Below, one piece after another: positions 47,650 to 56,730 of a DNA stretch of 64,000 nucleotides. The stretch covers positions 1-64,000 of the IMG/VR virus record IMGVR_UViG_3300011890_000001; one strand, written 5' to 3'. The translations under genes and the position numbers were made by a program. This stretch comes from a virus (Duplodnaviria; Caudoviricetes). Numbering within the stretch: position 1 is the first letter of the stretch; each line of letters begins with the position of its first letter. The notes beneath the pieces are model-generated. The model had not been told where the DNA came from. It did no database searches and saw nothing but the letters and a program-made list of their open reading frames with translations.

Positions 47650-47699
47650 CCCCTCCTGTGCCGCTAAGGCACAGGAGGGGCTTATGGTGTCATCCTATG
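47650..47699 (+). terminator. terminator followed by a TATG late-promoter motif
   Basis: CCCCTCCTGTGCC-GCTAA-GGCACAGGAGGGG-CTTATG; TATG at 47696. Confidence 0.75.
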
Positions 47700-47726
47700 T
47701 TACCCGACTAACTTAGGAGTAAAACC

Positions 47727-48560
47727 ATGTTGATTCGATTGAACGATCGCGGTGTTGCTGTGAAGACGATCCAGCAAATGCTAGGTATCACCGCCGATGG
47801 TCATTTCGGCCCGGCCACGTTGACTGCGGTGCAGAACTTCCAGCGTTCCGTCGGCTTGGTGCCGGACGGCATTGTTGGCCCTGGCACCTTGGCGGCACTG
47901 CAGGCCAAGCCGACGCGTGTCAACGTACTGACCCAGGCTGACTATGTGCGCGCTGGTGAAATTCTCAAATGTCACCCAGGCATGGTAGAAGCCATCGCGC
48001 TGAAAGAGACCCGCGGTCAGCCGTTTCTGAGCGATGGTCGTCCCGCTATTCTGTTTGAACGTCACATCTTCTACAAGCGGATGAACGTTGTACGTAAGGC
48101 AGGTGTCACACAGGCGCAGCAGTCGGCTCTGCGCAACGCAGCCTTTGCCCAGTCTCCGGATATCTGTAACCCGGTGTCTGGCGGCTATAAGGGCGGTCTG
48201 GCTGAGCACGCACGTCTGGAACGCGCTATCAAATACTCCGAGACTGCGGCGCTTGAGTCGGCCTCTTGGGGCCAGTTCCAGGTCATGGGTTTCAATGCCG
48301 TGGCTATCGGTTACAGCTCAGTTCAGGAGTTCGTCACCCTGATGGGTAAGGACGTCCAAGAACACCTGCTGTCCCTGGTGCGTTTTATCCTGAGCACCCC
48401 GCAGGCACTTCGCGGTATTCGTGAGCAGGACTTCCCCAAGCTCGCAGCCGCCTATAACGGCCCCGCCTACGCGAAGAACAATTACGACAAGGACCTGAGC
48501 AAGCTCTTTAATCAGGTCAAGGGTAAGTACGACGGAGTGGTCAGTGTCTCGCGCATTTGA
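47727..48560 (+). CDS. modular endolysin: peptidoglycan-binding domain plus N-acetylmuramidase (DUF3380-type)
   Basis: DGHFGPAT..AV..FQ...GL..DGIVGP.T; ET.G, ILFERHIF, SASWGQFQVMGFN, YNGP.Y..N.YD. Confidence 0.93.
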   Translation: MLIRLNDRGVAVKTIQQMLGITADGHFGPATLTAVQNFQRSVGLVPDGIVGPGTLAALQAKPTRVNVLTQADYVRAGEILKCHPGMVEAIALKETRGQPFLSDGRPAILFERHIFYKRMNVVRKAGVTQAQQSALRNAAFAQSPDICNPVSGGYKGGLAEHARLERAIKYSETAALESASWGQFQVMGFNAVAIGYSSVQEFVTLMGKDVQEHLLSLVRFILSTPQALRGIREQDFPKLAAAYNGPAYAKNNYDKDLSKLFNQVKGKYDGVVSVSRI

Positions 48561-49296
48561 AGTCGTCGACGCAGAAGGGTCGGAGAGAAACTGGGAAGAA
48601 CTCGACGTTTCGTTCGAAAAGGTCATGCTGGCAAGTGAGCGAAAAACCACCAAACGTCAAAAAGTTCTTTTGATGCTCTTGGGCGGTTTCGGCTATATGC
48701 CAAAGATGTCCTTTGATTTGGAGGACGTGGATCGAAAGCGTGTGGACAAGATGATGCGCCACACCAAGCATCTAAAGACAATTGCCGATTGGATTAATGT
48801 GCCCAGTCAGGAACTCTTGCCGGCGTTACTGGAAGCTAAGCGGGCGCTTGAGCCGCTGCAGAAAAAGGTCAACTACGGAAAGATCTTCCGGGGCTTTAGC
48901 CCCAAGAATGCCGATCAGGAACACATGGGTCTGTCGCGGGCCGGATGGTTTGGACCCAAGCCGTCCGACTTTAGAGTCGGTGATAAGTTCTCGTATGTTG
49001 GTAAGCGCGCTCTTTCTTTTACGCACTTTGAGAACGTTGCGCCGACTTTCGGTAATGTAATCGTATCTATCGACTACCAAAAAAACAAGCACCGTCTATT
49101 CAGTATCGATTACGATATCCTCACGGCCGTGGAACTGATGGACGATCCAGACCTCTACGCCTCGAAGACCGACGAATCGAATCGATGGAAACTCAAGCAC
49201 TTCATGACGTATGGCGAACTGATCTATTTGCCTGACGGCAAGCCACTGGAGTATCGGGTTGAGTCGCGTCCAGGATCCAAGAAAACAAAAGAGTGA
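48544..49296 (+). CDS. ADP-ribosyltransferase-fold protein, paralog 1
   Basis: R-S-E pattern IFRG...VGDKF...LSFT...VA.TF...YGELIYLP; N-terminal VSFE; GGAG RBS inside the endolysin gene. Confidence 0.6.
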   Translation: MSRAFEVVDAEGSERNWEELDVSFEKVMLASERKTTKRQKVLLMLLGGFGYMPKMSFDLEDVDRKRVDKMMRHTKHLKTIADWINVPSQELLPALLEAKRALEPLQKKVNYGKIFRGFSPKNADQEHMGLSRAGWFGPKPSDFRVGDKFSYVGKRALSFTHFENVAPTFGNVIVSIDYQKNKHRLFSIDYDILTAVELMDDPDLYASKTDESNRWKLKHFMTYGELIYLPDGKPLEYRVESRPGSKKTKE

Positions 49297-49931
49297 AGAC
49301 CATGTCAATGAATTTAGGGTTGGAACGAATAGAGTTCAACCATAAGCGGAATGAACTAAACCTACTTGCGAAGTTTTACAGTAGATTTAAGTTCAAGGTC
49401 TTTAAAATACAAGACCTCACTTACGAGGAAGAGGACGTCGACCTTAAGGTGGTGGAGCGACTTACTCATCACGTTGAAGAGCTTGAAGCAATCGAGGCTT
49501 GGATCGATTGGCCTAACCCGGAACTCACCAAGAAGCTTTGGTCGGCTAGATCGAAATTTGGAAGCCATCTAAATGGCTGGCTAGGGGTCGATCTTTACCG
49601 CGGGTTTAGCCTCAAGGGGAGCCAGAACACAATGGGACTTAGTGACAGACCGAGAGTCGGCGACCGGTTCGAACTACAACAGTCCGTCCCATTGTCCTTT
49701 AGTCACGTGCGTGGCATTGCCGAAGATTTCGGCACCATTGTCGTTCGTCTAAAAGGAAATAAGTACCGCCATAGAGCCCTACCGCTCACCCCGGATATTT
49801 TGGAGGCCGTAGACAAGTTGGCCAAGTGGGACGGTTTCGAGAAATCAAAACGAAAGTGTCTCGAAGCTGAAACGATCATACTGCCCGCCAAAGAACCTCT
49901 CGAACTGGAAGTAGTCCACGTCGGCAAGTAA
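49293..49931 (+). CDS. ADP-ribosyltransferase-fold protein, paralog 2
   Basis: LYRG...VGDRF...LSFS...IA.DF...EAETIILP; N-terminal LGLE; GTGA overlap with paralog 1. Confidence 0.62.
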   Translation: MKTMSMNLGLERIEFNHKRNELNLLAKFYSRFKFKVFKIQDLTYEEEDVDLKVVERLTHHVEELEAIEAWIDWPNPELTKKLWSARSKFGSHLNGWLGVDLYRGFSLKGSQNTMGLSDRPRVGDRFELQQSVPLSFSHVRGIAEDFGTIVVRLKGNKYRHRALPLTPDILEAVDKLAKWDGFEKSKRKCLEAETIILPAKEPLELEVVHVGK

Positions 49932-49942
49932 AATAATGACCC

Positions 49943-50004
49943 ACAGCCCCCGCCCTTAACGGGCGGGGGCTGTATGGGCTAAATTTTTTCAACACCATAC
50001 TATC
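49943..50004 (+). promoter_or_regulatory. terminator followed by an early-type promoter variant (ACCATACTATC)
   Basis: ACAGCCCCCGCCC-TTAAC-GGGCGGGGGCTGT, then an AT tract and ACCATACTATC. Confidence 0.6.
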
Positions 50005-50100
50005 CCTCAGGTAGTTCGGATGCCTTACGTATTTTTTACATGGGTATCTCCATCTATTATACCCCCGCCCTTAACGCACTCCAGTAGGTCACAGAAAAAG

Positions 50101-50397
50101 ATGAACGCAACCGTACCTGGTAAGATCACCGTAGGTCGTCTGAAGTTCGAAGCCCCAAAGCCCAAGCGAGCGGTGGTGCTGGTAATCGATCGGACGCAGT
50201 ACGAGCACCATCCGAACCCGGATCTGGCAAAGCTCGTCGACAAGACCCTCCTGAACAATCCGCAGTTCCGCAAGGTATCTCTTACCGAGCAAGATTTCAT
50301 GGCCTCGATCACTTACTACGATCGACTGCCGTTGGCTGTCACTGGCGATCTCCCCTACGTCGACTGGGACGAACACCGCGCCAAGATTGCGCACTAA
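50101..50397 (+). CDS. hypothetical protein
   Basis: Typical codon usage from MNATVPG. Confidence 0.65.
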   Translation: MNATVPGKITVGRLKFEAPKPKRAVVLVIDRTQYEHHPNPDLAKLVDKTLLNNPQFRKVSLTEQDFMASITYYDRLPLAVTGDLPYVDWDEHRAKIAH

Positions 50398-50409
50398 GAG
50401 AAAGGCCCT

Positions 50410-51009
50410 ATGGATTACAATAGACGCTTTGTGACCATCGTCGGTAGTAGGGAAACCCCAGAGCTGGAGCTTTCCTTATTGCGACATGTCGGTAAAGTTC
50501 TTTGTGACCGCGGCATCGTTGTTGTGTCAGGCGATGCCGATGGGGCCGACCTAGCTGGCTATGAAGGCGCTGCCTCGTCGGATCGCTATACGGCCGACAG
50601 TGCGCGCATCTACCTGGCAAGACACCATGTCGTCTATAAGGACTCTGGACGAGAAAGGTTTGCCGATGGACGAACCTTTATCAACGCCACCAAGCTCCCC
50701 AATTACGAAGAGGCTAAGAAGCTCGCCTTTGAGGCCAGGGGCTCGTTTGAGGGCCTAGGGTGGGGTGGTATCGCGCTCCACACCAGAAACGCGTACCAGG
50801 TCCTTCTGGACGACTTGCGGCACCCTGTCAATTCTTTGATCTGTTATGCAAAGACGATAGGCAAGAAAGGAAATGTGCGCGGCGGCACCAACACTGCGCA
50901 CCGCATTGCTTTAAACCACAACGTACCGATCCTCAACATCTACGAGGGGGATCAGTTCGAACGGTTAGTTAACTATTGCGAAAGAATGGGGGATCCATGG
51001 CAACTGTAG
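50410..51009 (+). CDS. SLOG-superfamily (DprA/SMF-like) nucleotide-binding protein
   Basis: IVGSRETP, SGDADGAD, RNAYQV, GGTNTA. Confidence 0.82.
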   Translation: MDYNRRFVTIVGSRETPELELSLLRHVGKVLCDRGIVVVSGDADGADLAGYEGAASSDRYTADSARIYLARHHVVYKDSGRERFADGRTFINATKLPNYEEAKKLAFEARGSFEGLGWGGIALHTRNAYQVLLDDLRHPVNSLICYAKTIGKKGNVRGGTNTAHRIALNHNVPILNIYEGDQFERLVNYCERMGDPWQL

Positions 51010-51458
51010 TTGATGCGGCAAAAGTCGACATTTCCCGACTGGGTACCGACACAGCCTATCTGGTCTATCAGCAAAACATCCGACTGTTCTACGAGCGCTT
51101 TTTCGACCTGGCGGTTGTGTCGCCGGTGTTTCTGGCGCTCTCGGTAGGCGTGTTGTGCCACCTGGTGAGTAGTGGGACAGGGCTGAGCGGTCTTAGTGCC
51201 GCTGCGCTCCTGCTCTTTGTGGGACTGCTGTTTTTCGTCATCAGTCCGGCCGCTGATCTTTGGTCGGCCCGCGCCGAGGTCATCCGCTTCGAGACGTCCG
51301 GTGCGTTGAAAGCAGCTTACGAGCGCCGCCATAACGAATCGTGGGATCGCGAAGAGCAAAAAGACAACCTCTATCACACCCATGCCAGCAATGTGTACTG
51401 CGGGCGTTACAGGTGTTTGATGTGGCTGGGTTTCCGGGTATTCTTCAAACGAGACTGA
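50997..51458 (+). CDS. two-TM membrane protein
   Basis: Two hydrophobic helices; same architecture as the next gene. Confidence 0.68.
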   Translation: MATVVDAAKVDISRLGTDTAYLVYQQNIRLFYERFFDLAVVSPVFLALSVGVLCHLVSSGTGLSGLSAAALLLFVGLLFFVISPAADLWSARAEVIRFETSGALKAAYERRHNESWDREEQKDNLYHTHASNVYCGRYRCLMWLGFRVFFKRD

Positions 51459-51472
51459 CGAAGGAGTGACGC

Positions 51473-51970
51473 ATGTTCTCAACGTACCATCAGTACGTGG
51501 AATGTCTGAAGAGGGACTACTCGGTACATAATCGATCGATGGCCTCCATTACTGCCAATGCCCACTACTATCATTGCGTGATGCGCTTCTATCGCTTTTT
51601 AGGCGAACAGGTGTGCGCCGCACTGGTTGCTGTTGGGCTGCTGTTAACAGCGGCTTTCAGTGCGCCGTATCTCGGTCAAAACGCATGGTTGTTTGTGCTA
51701 CTCGCCTTTTACGTGGTTGGATATATCGTCTGGCTCCTACTGACTCGTCAGTGGCGGCGCTACTCGTATATCCTTCTGGCGGAGAAAACAGAGATTGACA
51801 CTCGCCGTGTCAATACGCCGGGTTGGTTTGATCCGAGCTTTTTCTACCAGATGCATTTGGACACCGTCCAGACACCATTTCAAAAATGGCTTGTCCGCAC
51901 CCTGTGGAAATACCGTCCCACTATTTTCTATCCTTACATCGAGGAACAGTCCGTTGAGCAATGTGAATAA
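51473..51970 (+). CDS. two-TM membrane protein
   Basis: AAGGAG RBS; two TM helices; FYQMH motif parallels LYHTH in the upstream gene. Confidence 0.72.
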   Translation: MFSTYHQYVECLKRDYSVHNRSMASITANAHYYHCVMRFYRFLGEQVCAALVAVGLLLTAAFSAPYLGQNAWLFVLLAFYVVGYIVWLLLTRQWRRYSYILLAEKTEIDTRRVNTPGWFDPSFFYQMHLDTVQTPFQKWLVRTLWKYRPTIFYPYIEEQSVEQCE

Positions 51971-52301
51971 AGCCAACCTTGAAGCACACATCAAAGAACA
52001 CGCGGAGGTCGCGCGCGTTTACCGCAACGCGATGAATTTCTTTTTATTCTACGGCGTAATTAGCGCTGTAGGGACTGCGGTGTCCTACTATCTCGGTGTG
52101 GATTGGCTGGGTCTTGTTTGGTCCGGTGTCACCGGTTGGCTGCTGGGTAACGGAGTCTACAAGTTTCGCAAGTACAGAGCCGCCGCAAAGAAGCGCGATT
52201 CGCTGGTGGCGGAACTAGACCGCCTCCTTACCAGGTCGGGCACTTTTCTCATCGAAGCCCTGGAAAAAATCGATCACTCTAAAGGGTCACTTAACAAATG
52301 A
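51963..52301 (+). CDS. two-TM membrane protein
   Basis: GTG start overlapping the previous stop; two TM helices and a basic tail. Confidence 0.68.
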   Translation: MNKANLEAHIKEHAEVARVYRNAMNFFLFYGVISAVGTAVSYYLGVDWLGLVWSGVTGWLLGNGVYKFRKYRAAAKKRDSLVAELDRLLTRSGTFLIEALEKIDHSKGSLNK

Positions 52302-53509
52302 ACAATTACCTCCAGCTCCTCGAACACGTTCTGAACAACGGTCGCGCTAAGTCGGATCGTACTGGTACCGGTACTCTGTCCGTTTTCGGCCCCCAGTTGG
52401 AATTCGATCTTAGTGAAGGATTTCCTCTGGTCACCACCAAGAAAGTCCATCTGAAGTCGATCATCCACGAACTGCTGTGGTTCCTACGTGGCTCCACCAA
52501 CGCCACCGAACTGCAGGACGTGGGTGTCCGTATCTGGAACGAATGGGCACAGCCGGAAGACGTCTACTGCCGCCAAAAGCGGTCGGGCTATGAAATCAAG
52601 CTGGCGTGGGCCAAACTGAAGCAGATCACCGTCGCCGACGCCGATGAAAAGATCAAGCTGTTGACCGCACAATTCCGAGCCGACCACCCGGAATTGGAAC
52701 TGCAATGCATTGAGGAAATGATCCGCGATCAAATCATACGCGAAGGCGTGAGCGAATACAAGGAAGTGCTGGAAAAGGCTAAGGGTGACCTCGGCCCGGT
52801 GTACGGCAAGCAGTGGCGCGCCTGGCCGACTCCGTCCGGCAATATCGACCAGATCGCCAACGTGATCGAACGACTGAAGACCAACCCGGACTGCCGTCGA
52901 CTGATCGTCTCTGCCTGGAACGTCGGCCAGTTGGATCAGATGGCGCTGATGCCCTGTCACAACTTCTTCCAGTTCCACACCGAAGAACTGACCGTGCGTG
53001 AGCGCCTGGAGCATGCGTGGGCGACTGCGGCGAAAGAGAAGCGCATGGACGCCCGTCTGGACCGCCTCTACGACGAATACCTGGTAACGTTCCGGGACTC
53101 CGCAGATGGAGTTGATGGCGTTGCACAGGGTAGTCTCATCAACGAAGTCAATGCCTACCTGGATCAGATCAAGACCCCGAAGCGTATCTTGAACTGCAAG
53201 TTCAACATGCGTTCGGCTGACCTGTTCCTGGGCGTGCCGTTCAACATCGCCAGTTATGCCCTGTTGACCATGATGGTTGGCCAGGTGGTGAACATGGTTC
53301 CGGGTACCCTGATCCTGACCATGGGCGACGCACACATCTATTCCAATCACATCGAGCAGGTGAAGGAACAGCTGTCGCGCGAACCCCACCCGCTGCCGAA
53401 GATGCGCATCACAAAGGAAGTCAGTCACATCGACGATTTCCGTTTCGAGGACTTCGAATTGGTCGACTACGTCTGCCATCCGGCCATCAAGGGAGAAGTC
53501 GCCGTATGA
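52298..53509 (+). CDS. thyA: thymidylate synthase with two insertions
   Basis: [67 protein letters not shown]. Confidence 0.96.
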   Translation: MNNYLQLLEHVLNNGRAKSDRTGTGTLSVFGPQLEFDLSEGFPLVTTKKVHLKSIIHELLWFLRGSTNATELQDVGVRIWNEWAQPEDVYCRQKRSGYEIKLAWAKLKQITVADADEKIKLLTAQFRADHPELELQCIEEMIRDQIIREGVSEYKEVLEKAKGDLGPVYGKQWRAWPTPSGNIDQIANVIERLKTNPDCRRLIVSAWNVGQLDQMALMPCHNFFQFHTEELTVRERLEHAWATAAKEKRMDARLDRLYDEYLVTFRDSADGVDGVAQGSLINEVNAYLDQIKTPKRILNCKFNMRSADLFLGVPFNIASYALLTMMVGQVVNMVPGTLILTMGDAHIYSNHIEQVKEQLSREPHPLPKMRITKEVSHIDDFRFEDFELVDYVCHPAIKGEVAV

Positions 53510-53784
53510 CCAAAGATCGCACTAAACCGATCTATACCAGTCGGATTGACGGGAGCATATTCGTCCCCTGGGTGCCGTTAATCCTGGATCGCGCCAATGG
53601 CTGTGAAGGCGCGTATGCCATTGCGCGCATGCGTCCTGACGGAGTTCGGGAGTGTTGGAATGTCGCTACTAATTCGTGGACGTGTTTCGCCCACGGTGTA
53701 CTGACTTACCGCGAAGCGCTGGAGATCATGAAGACACTCACGTTCGCCCCGACCCAAATTGAACCGTCGTTCGACGGTCTGTAA
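53506..53784 (+). CDS. hypothetical protein
   Basis: ATGA overlap and GGAG RBS. Confidence 0.65.
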   Translation: MTKDRTKPIYTSRIDGSIFVPWVPLILDRANGCEGAYAIARMRPDGVRECWNVATNSWTCFAHGVLTYREALEIMKTLTFAPTQIEPSFDGL

Positions 53785-53815
53785 AACCTCTACCTACCTT
53801 ATAAAGGACTTCACC

Positions 53816-54361
53816 GTGACCGAGAAAACCCGTCAGTACGTCTACGCCATGGCCGATACCACGCTGGACATCCGTACCATTTCCAATGACGCGAATGAGT
53901 GCATGAATAAAGCTGCGGCGCTCAAATTGACTGGCGGGTTTGCTCGCGGTCTACTGCTGCGTAAGTTTACCGAAGAAGAACTTGACGCACGCCGGCCGAT
54001 GCTCCTGCCGCCGGCCGCATACCTGGGTCACGCCCACGTCCATTGGGTAGAGGGTTCTCTGTTTGGTAGTGGTCTTGAACTCTGGCAGTGGCAGCCTGCC
54101 GCACAAATCTGGTGTCGTCCCAATGAGTACTCCTCCGGGCGCGACAACGCACTTGCCGGGTACAGGTGGGCCGGTCTTTGTCCGCCCCCACCGCTCAGCG
54201 ACGAATACGAAAGCGCTGCTGCTCTGTTACGTCGAAAGGTCGATGAGACAGTAACGGATACCGGCGCCCAGCGCAGCGTGACCCTTACGGTCGAAGAAAT
54301 TCGTGAACTCTCGTCCATCTTCTTCGACAGCATGTCGCGCCCTGTCAAAACTAGCGAGTAA
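53816..54361 (+). CDS. hypothetical protein (Trp-rich central motif)
   Basis: AAGGA RBS before GTG 53816. Confidence 0.68.
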   Translation: MTEKTRQYVYAMADTTLDIRTISNDANECMNKAAALKLTGGFARGLLLRKFTEEELDARRPMLLPPAAYLGHAHVHWVEGSLFGSGLELWQWQPAAQIWCRPNEYSSGRDNALAGYRWAGLCPPPPLSDEYESAAALLRRKVDETVTDTGAQRSVTLTVEEIRELSSIFFDSMSRPVKTSE

Positions 54362-54363
54362 CT

Positions 54364-54603
54364 ATGTCTTCTATTGCCGATGCTGGTCTAGCCTTGAAGG
54401 TCGCGTGGATCAGGGGAGTTCGTACTCTCCAGTTCTTCACTGCGGCCGTCAGGTTGGCTTACCAGCTTTCTGATAAGGTCGACCCGCGGCAGTTCCGTGT
54501 CGATGGTAACCAGCTCCAACTCAACGGCTGTTGTCTCCACGCAGACGACCTGTCCGTCCCTTACCCTCCTGCCAAAGAGCACGACAATGTCTCAACTCAA
54601 TAA
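54364..54603 (+). CDS. small hypothetical protein
   Basis: Fills the gap in the operon and overlaps the next start. Confidence 0.5.
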   Translation: MSSIADAGLALKVAWIRGVRTLQFFTAAVRLAYQLSDKVDPRQFRVDGNQLQLNGCCLHADDLSVPYPPAKEHDNVSTQ

Positions 54604-55438
54604 AGCCCAACTCCTGGCCATGCAGGCAAATTCGCTTCGTACGGCAAACCGCTACAAGCGATACGCCACCTACCTGGAAACCCCGGAAGACCAGGAGCGT
54701 CTGCCCTACCACAACTCCGAACACATGCTGGCGGTCACCGCTTTGGCCGTGACCCTGTGCAAGATGGACAGTACCAAGCCGTCGCCGGCACTGCTTCTGG
54801 CTGCCGCCGCGCACGACCTGGGACACCTGGGCCGTCCGGACAGCTACCGCGATGCCGACGGTCTGGGTAATATCGACCATGCCGTGCGCATGCTCGAATC
54901 GGCCAACATGAAGTTCGGTCTCCCCAAGGGCACCACCGAGCAGGACTTCGAAGACGCGAAGGTATTGATTCGCGCAACCGAATATCGCCTGTCGCCGACC
55001 ATCCTGGGTTGTGACCCGCGCCTGGAGTACTCCATTCGGATCCTCCGCGATGCCGATATCCTCTGGGGTCTTTTCCCTGAAAACCACACCCGCGTGTTCG
55101 TGGGTCTGTTCCTGGAGCGTCTGCGCAACACCCCGAGTGAAGACCTCACCGAGGACGACAAGTCGATCGAGGTCGCTCTGACCAACCAGATCCGCTTCAT
55201 CCAGGGTTACCAGCCCCACAGCCAGCCTGGTCGTGTGTTGAAGCGCCTACTGGAAGAAGAATCAGCCGTGGCATGGAGCGGGCAGGCGCTGGAGATCATG
55301 CGCCAGCAGGAACTGCACCGTCTGATCACTTCGCGCAATAGCCTGATCGGCGACCCCCAGGCCCTGATCGAATCGGTGGAGTCGAACGTCGACCGGTTTA
55401 TCGCCGAACGCGACGCTGCGCAGGAACCGGTCGGTTAA
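54587..55438 (+). CDS. HD-domain metal-dependent phosphohydrolase (class I PDE-like motifs)
   Basis: PYHNSEH, AAAHDLGHLG, LIRATE, LRDAD. Confidence 0.85.
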   Translation: MSQLNKAQLLAMQANSLRTANRYKRYATYLETPEDQERLPYHNSEHMLAVTALAVTLCKMDSTKPSPALLLAAAAHDLGHLGRPDSYRDADGLGNIDHAVRMLESANMKFGLPKGTTEQDFEDAKVLIRATEYRLSPTILGCDPRLEYSIRILRDADILWGLFPENHTRVFVGLFLERLRNTPSEDLTEDDKSIEVALTNQIRFIQGYQPHSQPGRVLKRLLEEESAVAWSGQALEIMRQQELHRLITSRNSLIGDPQALIESVESNVDRFIAERDAAQEPVG

Positions 55439-55464
55439 AAAAATACACAGGCGTCATCATCTGT

Positions 55465-55665
55465 GAAACAAAGACACGCATTCCTCATTTACCGAAACTG
55501 GGCAGATCGCGACGGTGATCTGAACTACGTAGCGAGTGGACTTCCCTATTGTCATTGGTGGGGTGGGACGCACAGAAACTACGAATAGGGCGAGCGGCGA
55601 GTTTCGTTTCAACAGACGTCCGCGGTGTCTGTGGCGGGCAGGGTCCCGAAGGACCCTGCCCTTAT
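55465..55665 (+). ncRNA. candidate structured non-coding RNA ending in a terminator
   Basis: Nested helices AGACAC/GTGTCT, CGAAACT/AGTTTCG, CAGATCGC/GTGATCTG, CCCTATT/AATAGGG; terminator GGGCAGGGTCC-CGAA-GGACCCTGCCC; no convincing ORF. Confidence 0.5.
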
Positions 55666-55695
55666 ACCGCCAAATAATCAACTAGGGCCAACTTC

Positions 55696-56025
55696 GTGTC
55701 TCCGAACATTTCCCAGAGTATTGCGCAATACAATTTGGACGTGGCTGCATTGCAGGTCGCGTGCAACACCCTTGTCGGGGCAGCATCGCGGTACGACAGT
55801 GCACACATCGTCGGTCTTGTTGTGAAGTTCTTTGACGAATCCGACATCCCTCACATGTCCATTAAGTTGGAGTTCGACACTCTGGCGATGGCGATGCTCA
55901 ACGGTGCCGGATTCTTGAGCGAACTGATTTCCAAATTCGCCGACGCCGGCTTCGATCTGCGCCAACCTCCCAGTCCCGGTAAGTCTTCCGCGGCAATGAT
56001 GCTTTTCATCAGTCGTCGGATTTAA
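55696..56025 (+). CDS. hypothetical protein
   Basis: GTG start; operon context. Confidence 0.6.
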   Translation: MSPNISQSIAQYNLDVAALQVACNTLVGAASRYDSAHIVGLVVKFFDESDIPHMSIKLEFDTLAMAMLNGAGFLSELISKFADAGFDLRQPPSPGKSSAAMMLFISRRI

Positions 56026-56031
56026 TCAGCC

Positions 56032-56703
56032 ATGATTAACATCCGATTCGCTTTAGATGTCATTAAGCAATGTGCCATTTGGGCCGCCGTTCCAGTGTTC
56101 GCATTGTTTACTATCGTCATGATACCGCAGGTCATCATTCTAATTGTCACCTGCCTGGCAGCTGGAATTGTCGCATGTCTGATCGCATTGCCGTTCTTGT
56201 TTTATGCGATCTGGTGTGAGCTGGGAAACACCACCCGTTACTTCACCTCTGTAAGGAAGAAACAGATGCCGCACTATCGCCTTTTCCGTAACGTTGTCGA
56301 CGCCCTCGGATCGGAATCCGTGGTCGACTTCGGTGACACCATCGATGCGCGCGTCATCGCGGCGTCTCCCGCCTACCCGACCGCGTTTCATCTCAAGGCG
56401 GCTACCGGTGAGCGCCGCCACCTTATCATTCCGTTGCCGGTGATCGATGCAAACCTGGTGATCTACGAATCCCGCATTGCCCCGGACTGTGACAAAGACG
56501 ACGGTACTGTGCTGGTGGTCGTGGGTCCTGATGGTCTTCGCAATGTCAATCATCCGTTCGCATTCGTCCGCACCAGTCTGGATAAGGTGGTTGCGGAGTG
56601 GCTCAAAAACAAGGAAGTGGAATCTGGCGAAATGATCGCTCAGGTCTATGCCGACATCCTTCAGAACGTGCTTGACAAGAAGGATCCTTTTGCCGGACTC
56701 TAA
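56032..56703 (+). CDS. membrane-anchored hypothetical protein
   Basis: Long N-terminal hydrophobic hairpin. Confidence 0.68.
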   Translation: MINIRFALDVIKQCAIWAAVPVFALFTIVMIPQVIILIVTCLAAGIVACLIALPFLFYAIWCELGNTTRYFTSVRKKQMPHYRLFRNVVDALGSESVVDFGDTIDARVIAASPAYPTAFHLKAATGERRHLIIPLPVIDANLVIYESRIAPDCDKDDGTVLVVVGPDGLRNVNHPFAFVRTSLDKVVAEWLKNKEVESGEMIAQVYADILQNVLDKKDPFAGL

Positions 56704-56730
56704 TGGTATGTAAACCATTGGAGTGAGCAC

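Noticed and set aside
52298-53509. ThyA-family enzyme as a base-modifying hydroxymethylase, or inserts as inteins
   Set aside because: The dUMP-specifying Asn is retained, no modification genes are adjacent, and the inserts lack intein terminal motifs
55465-55635. tRNA, 6S RNA or hammerhead identity for the structured element
   Set aside because: No T-loop/CCA cloverleaf, no CUGANGA core and no recognisable 6S sequence; kept as an unknown ncRNA candidate
55457-55681. 74-aa minus-strand ORF across the structured region
   Set aside because: Runs through the terminator hairpin against the operon direction with no clear RBS
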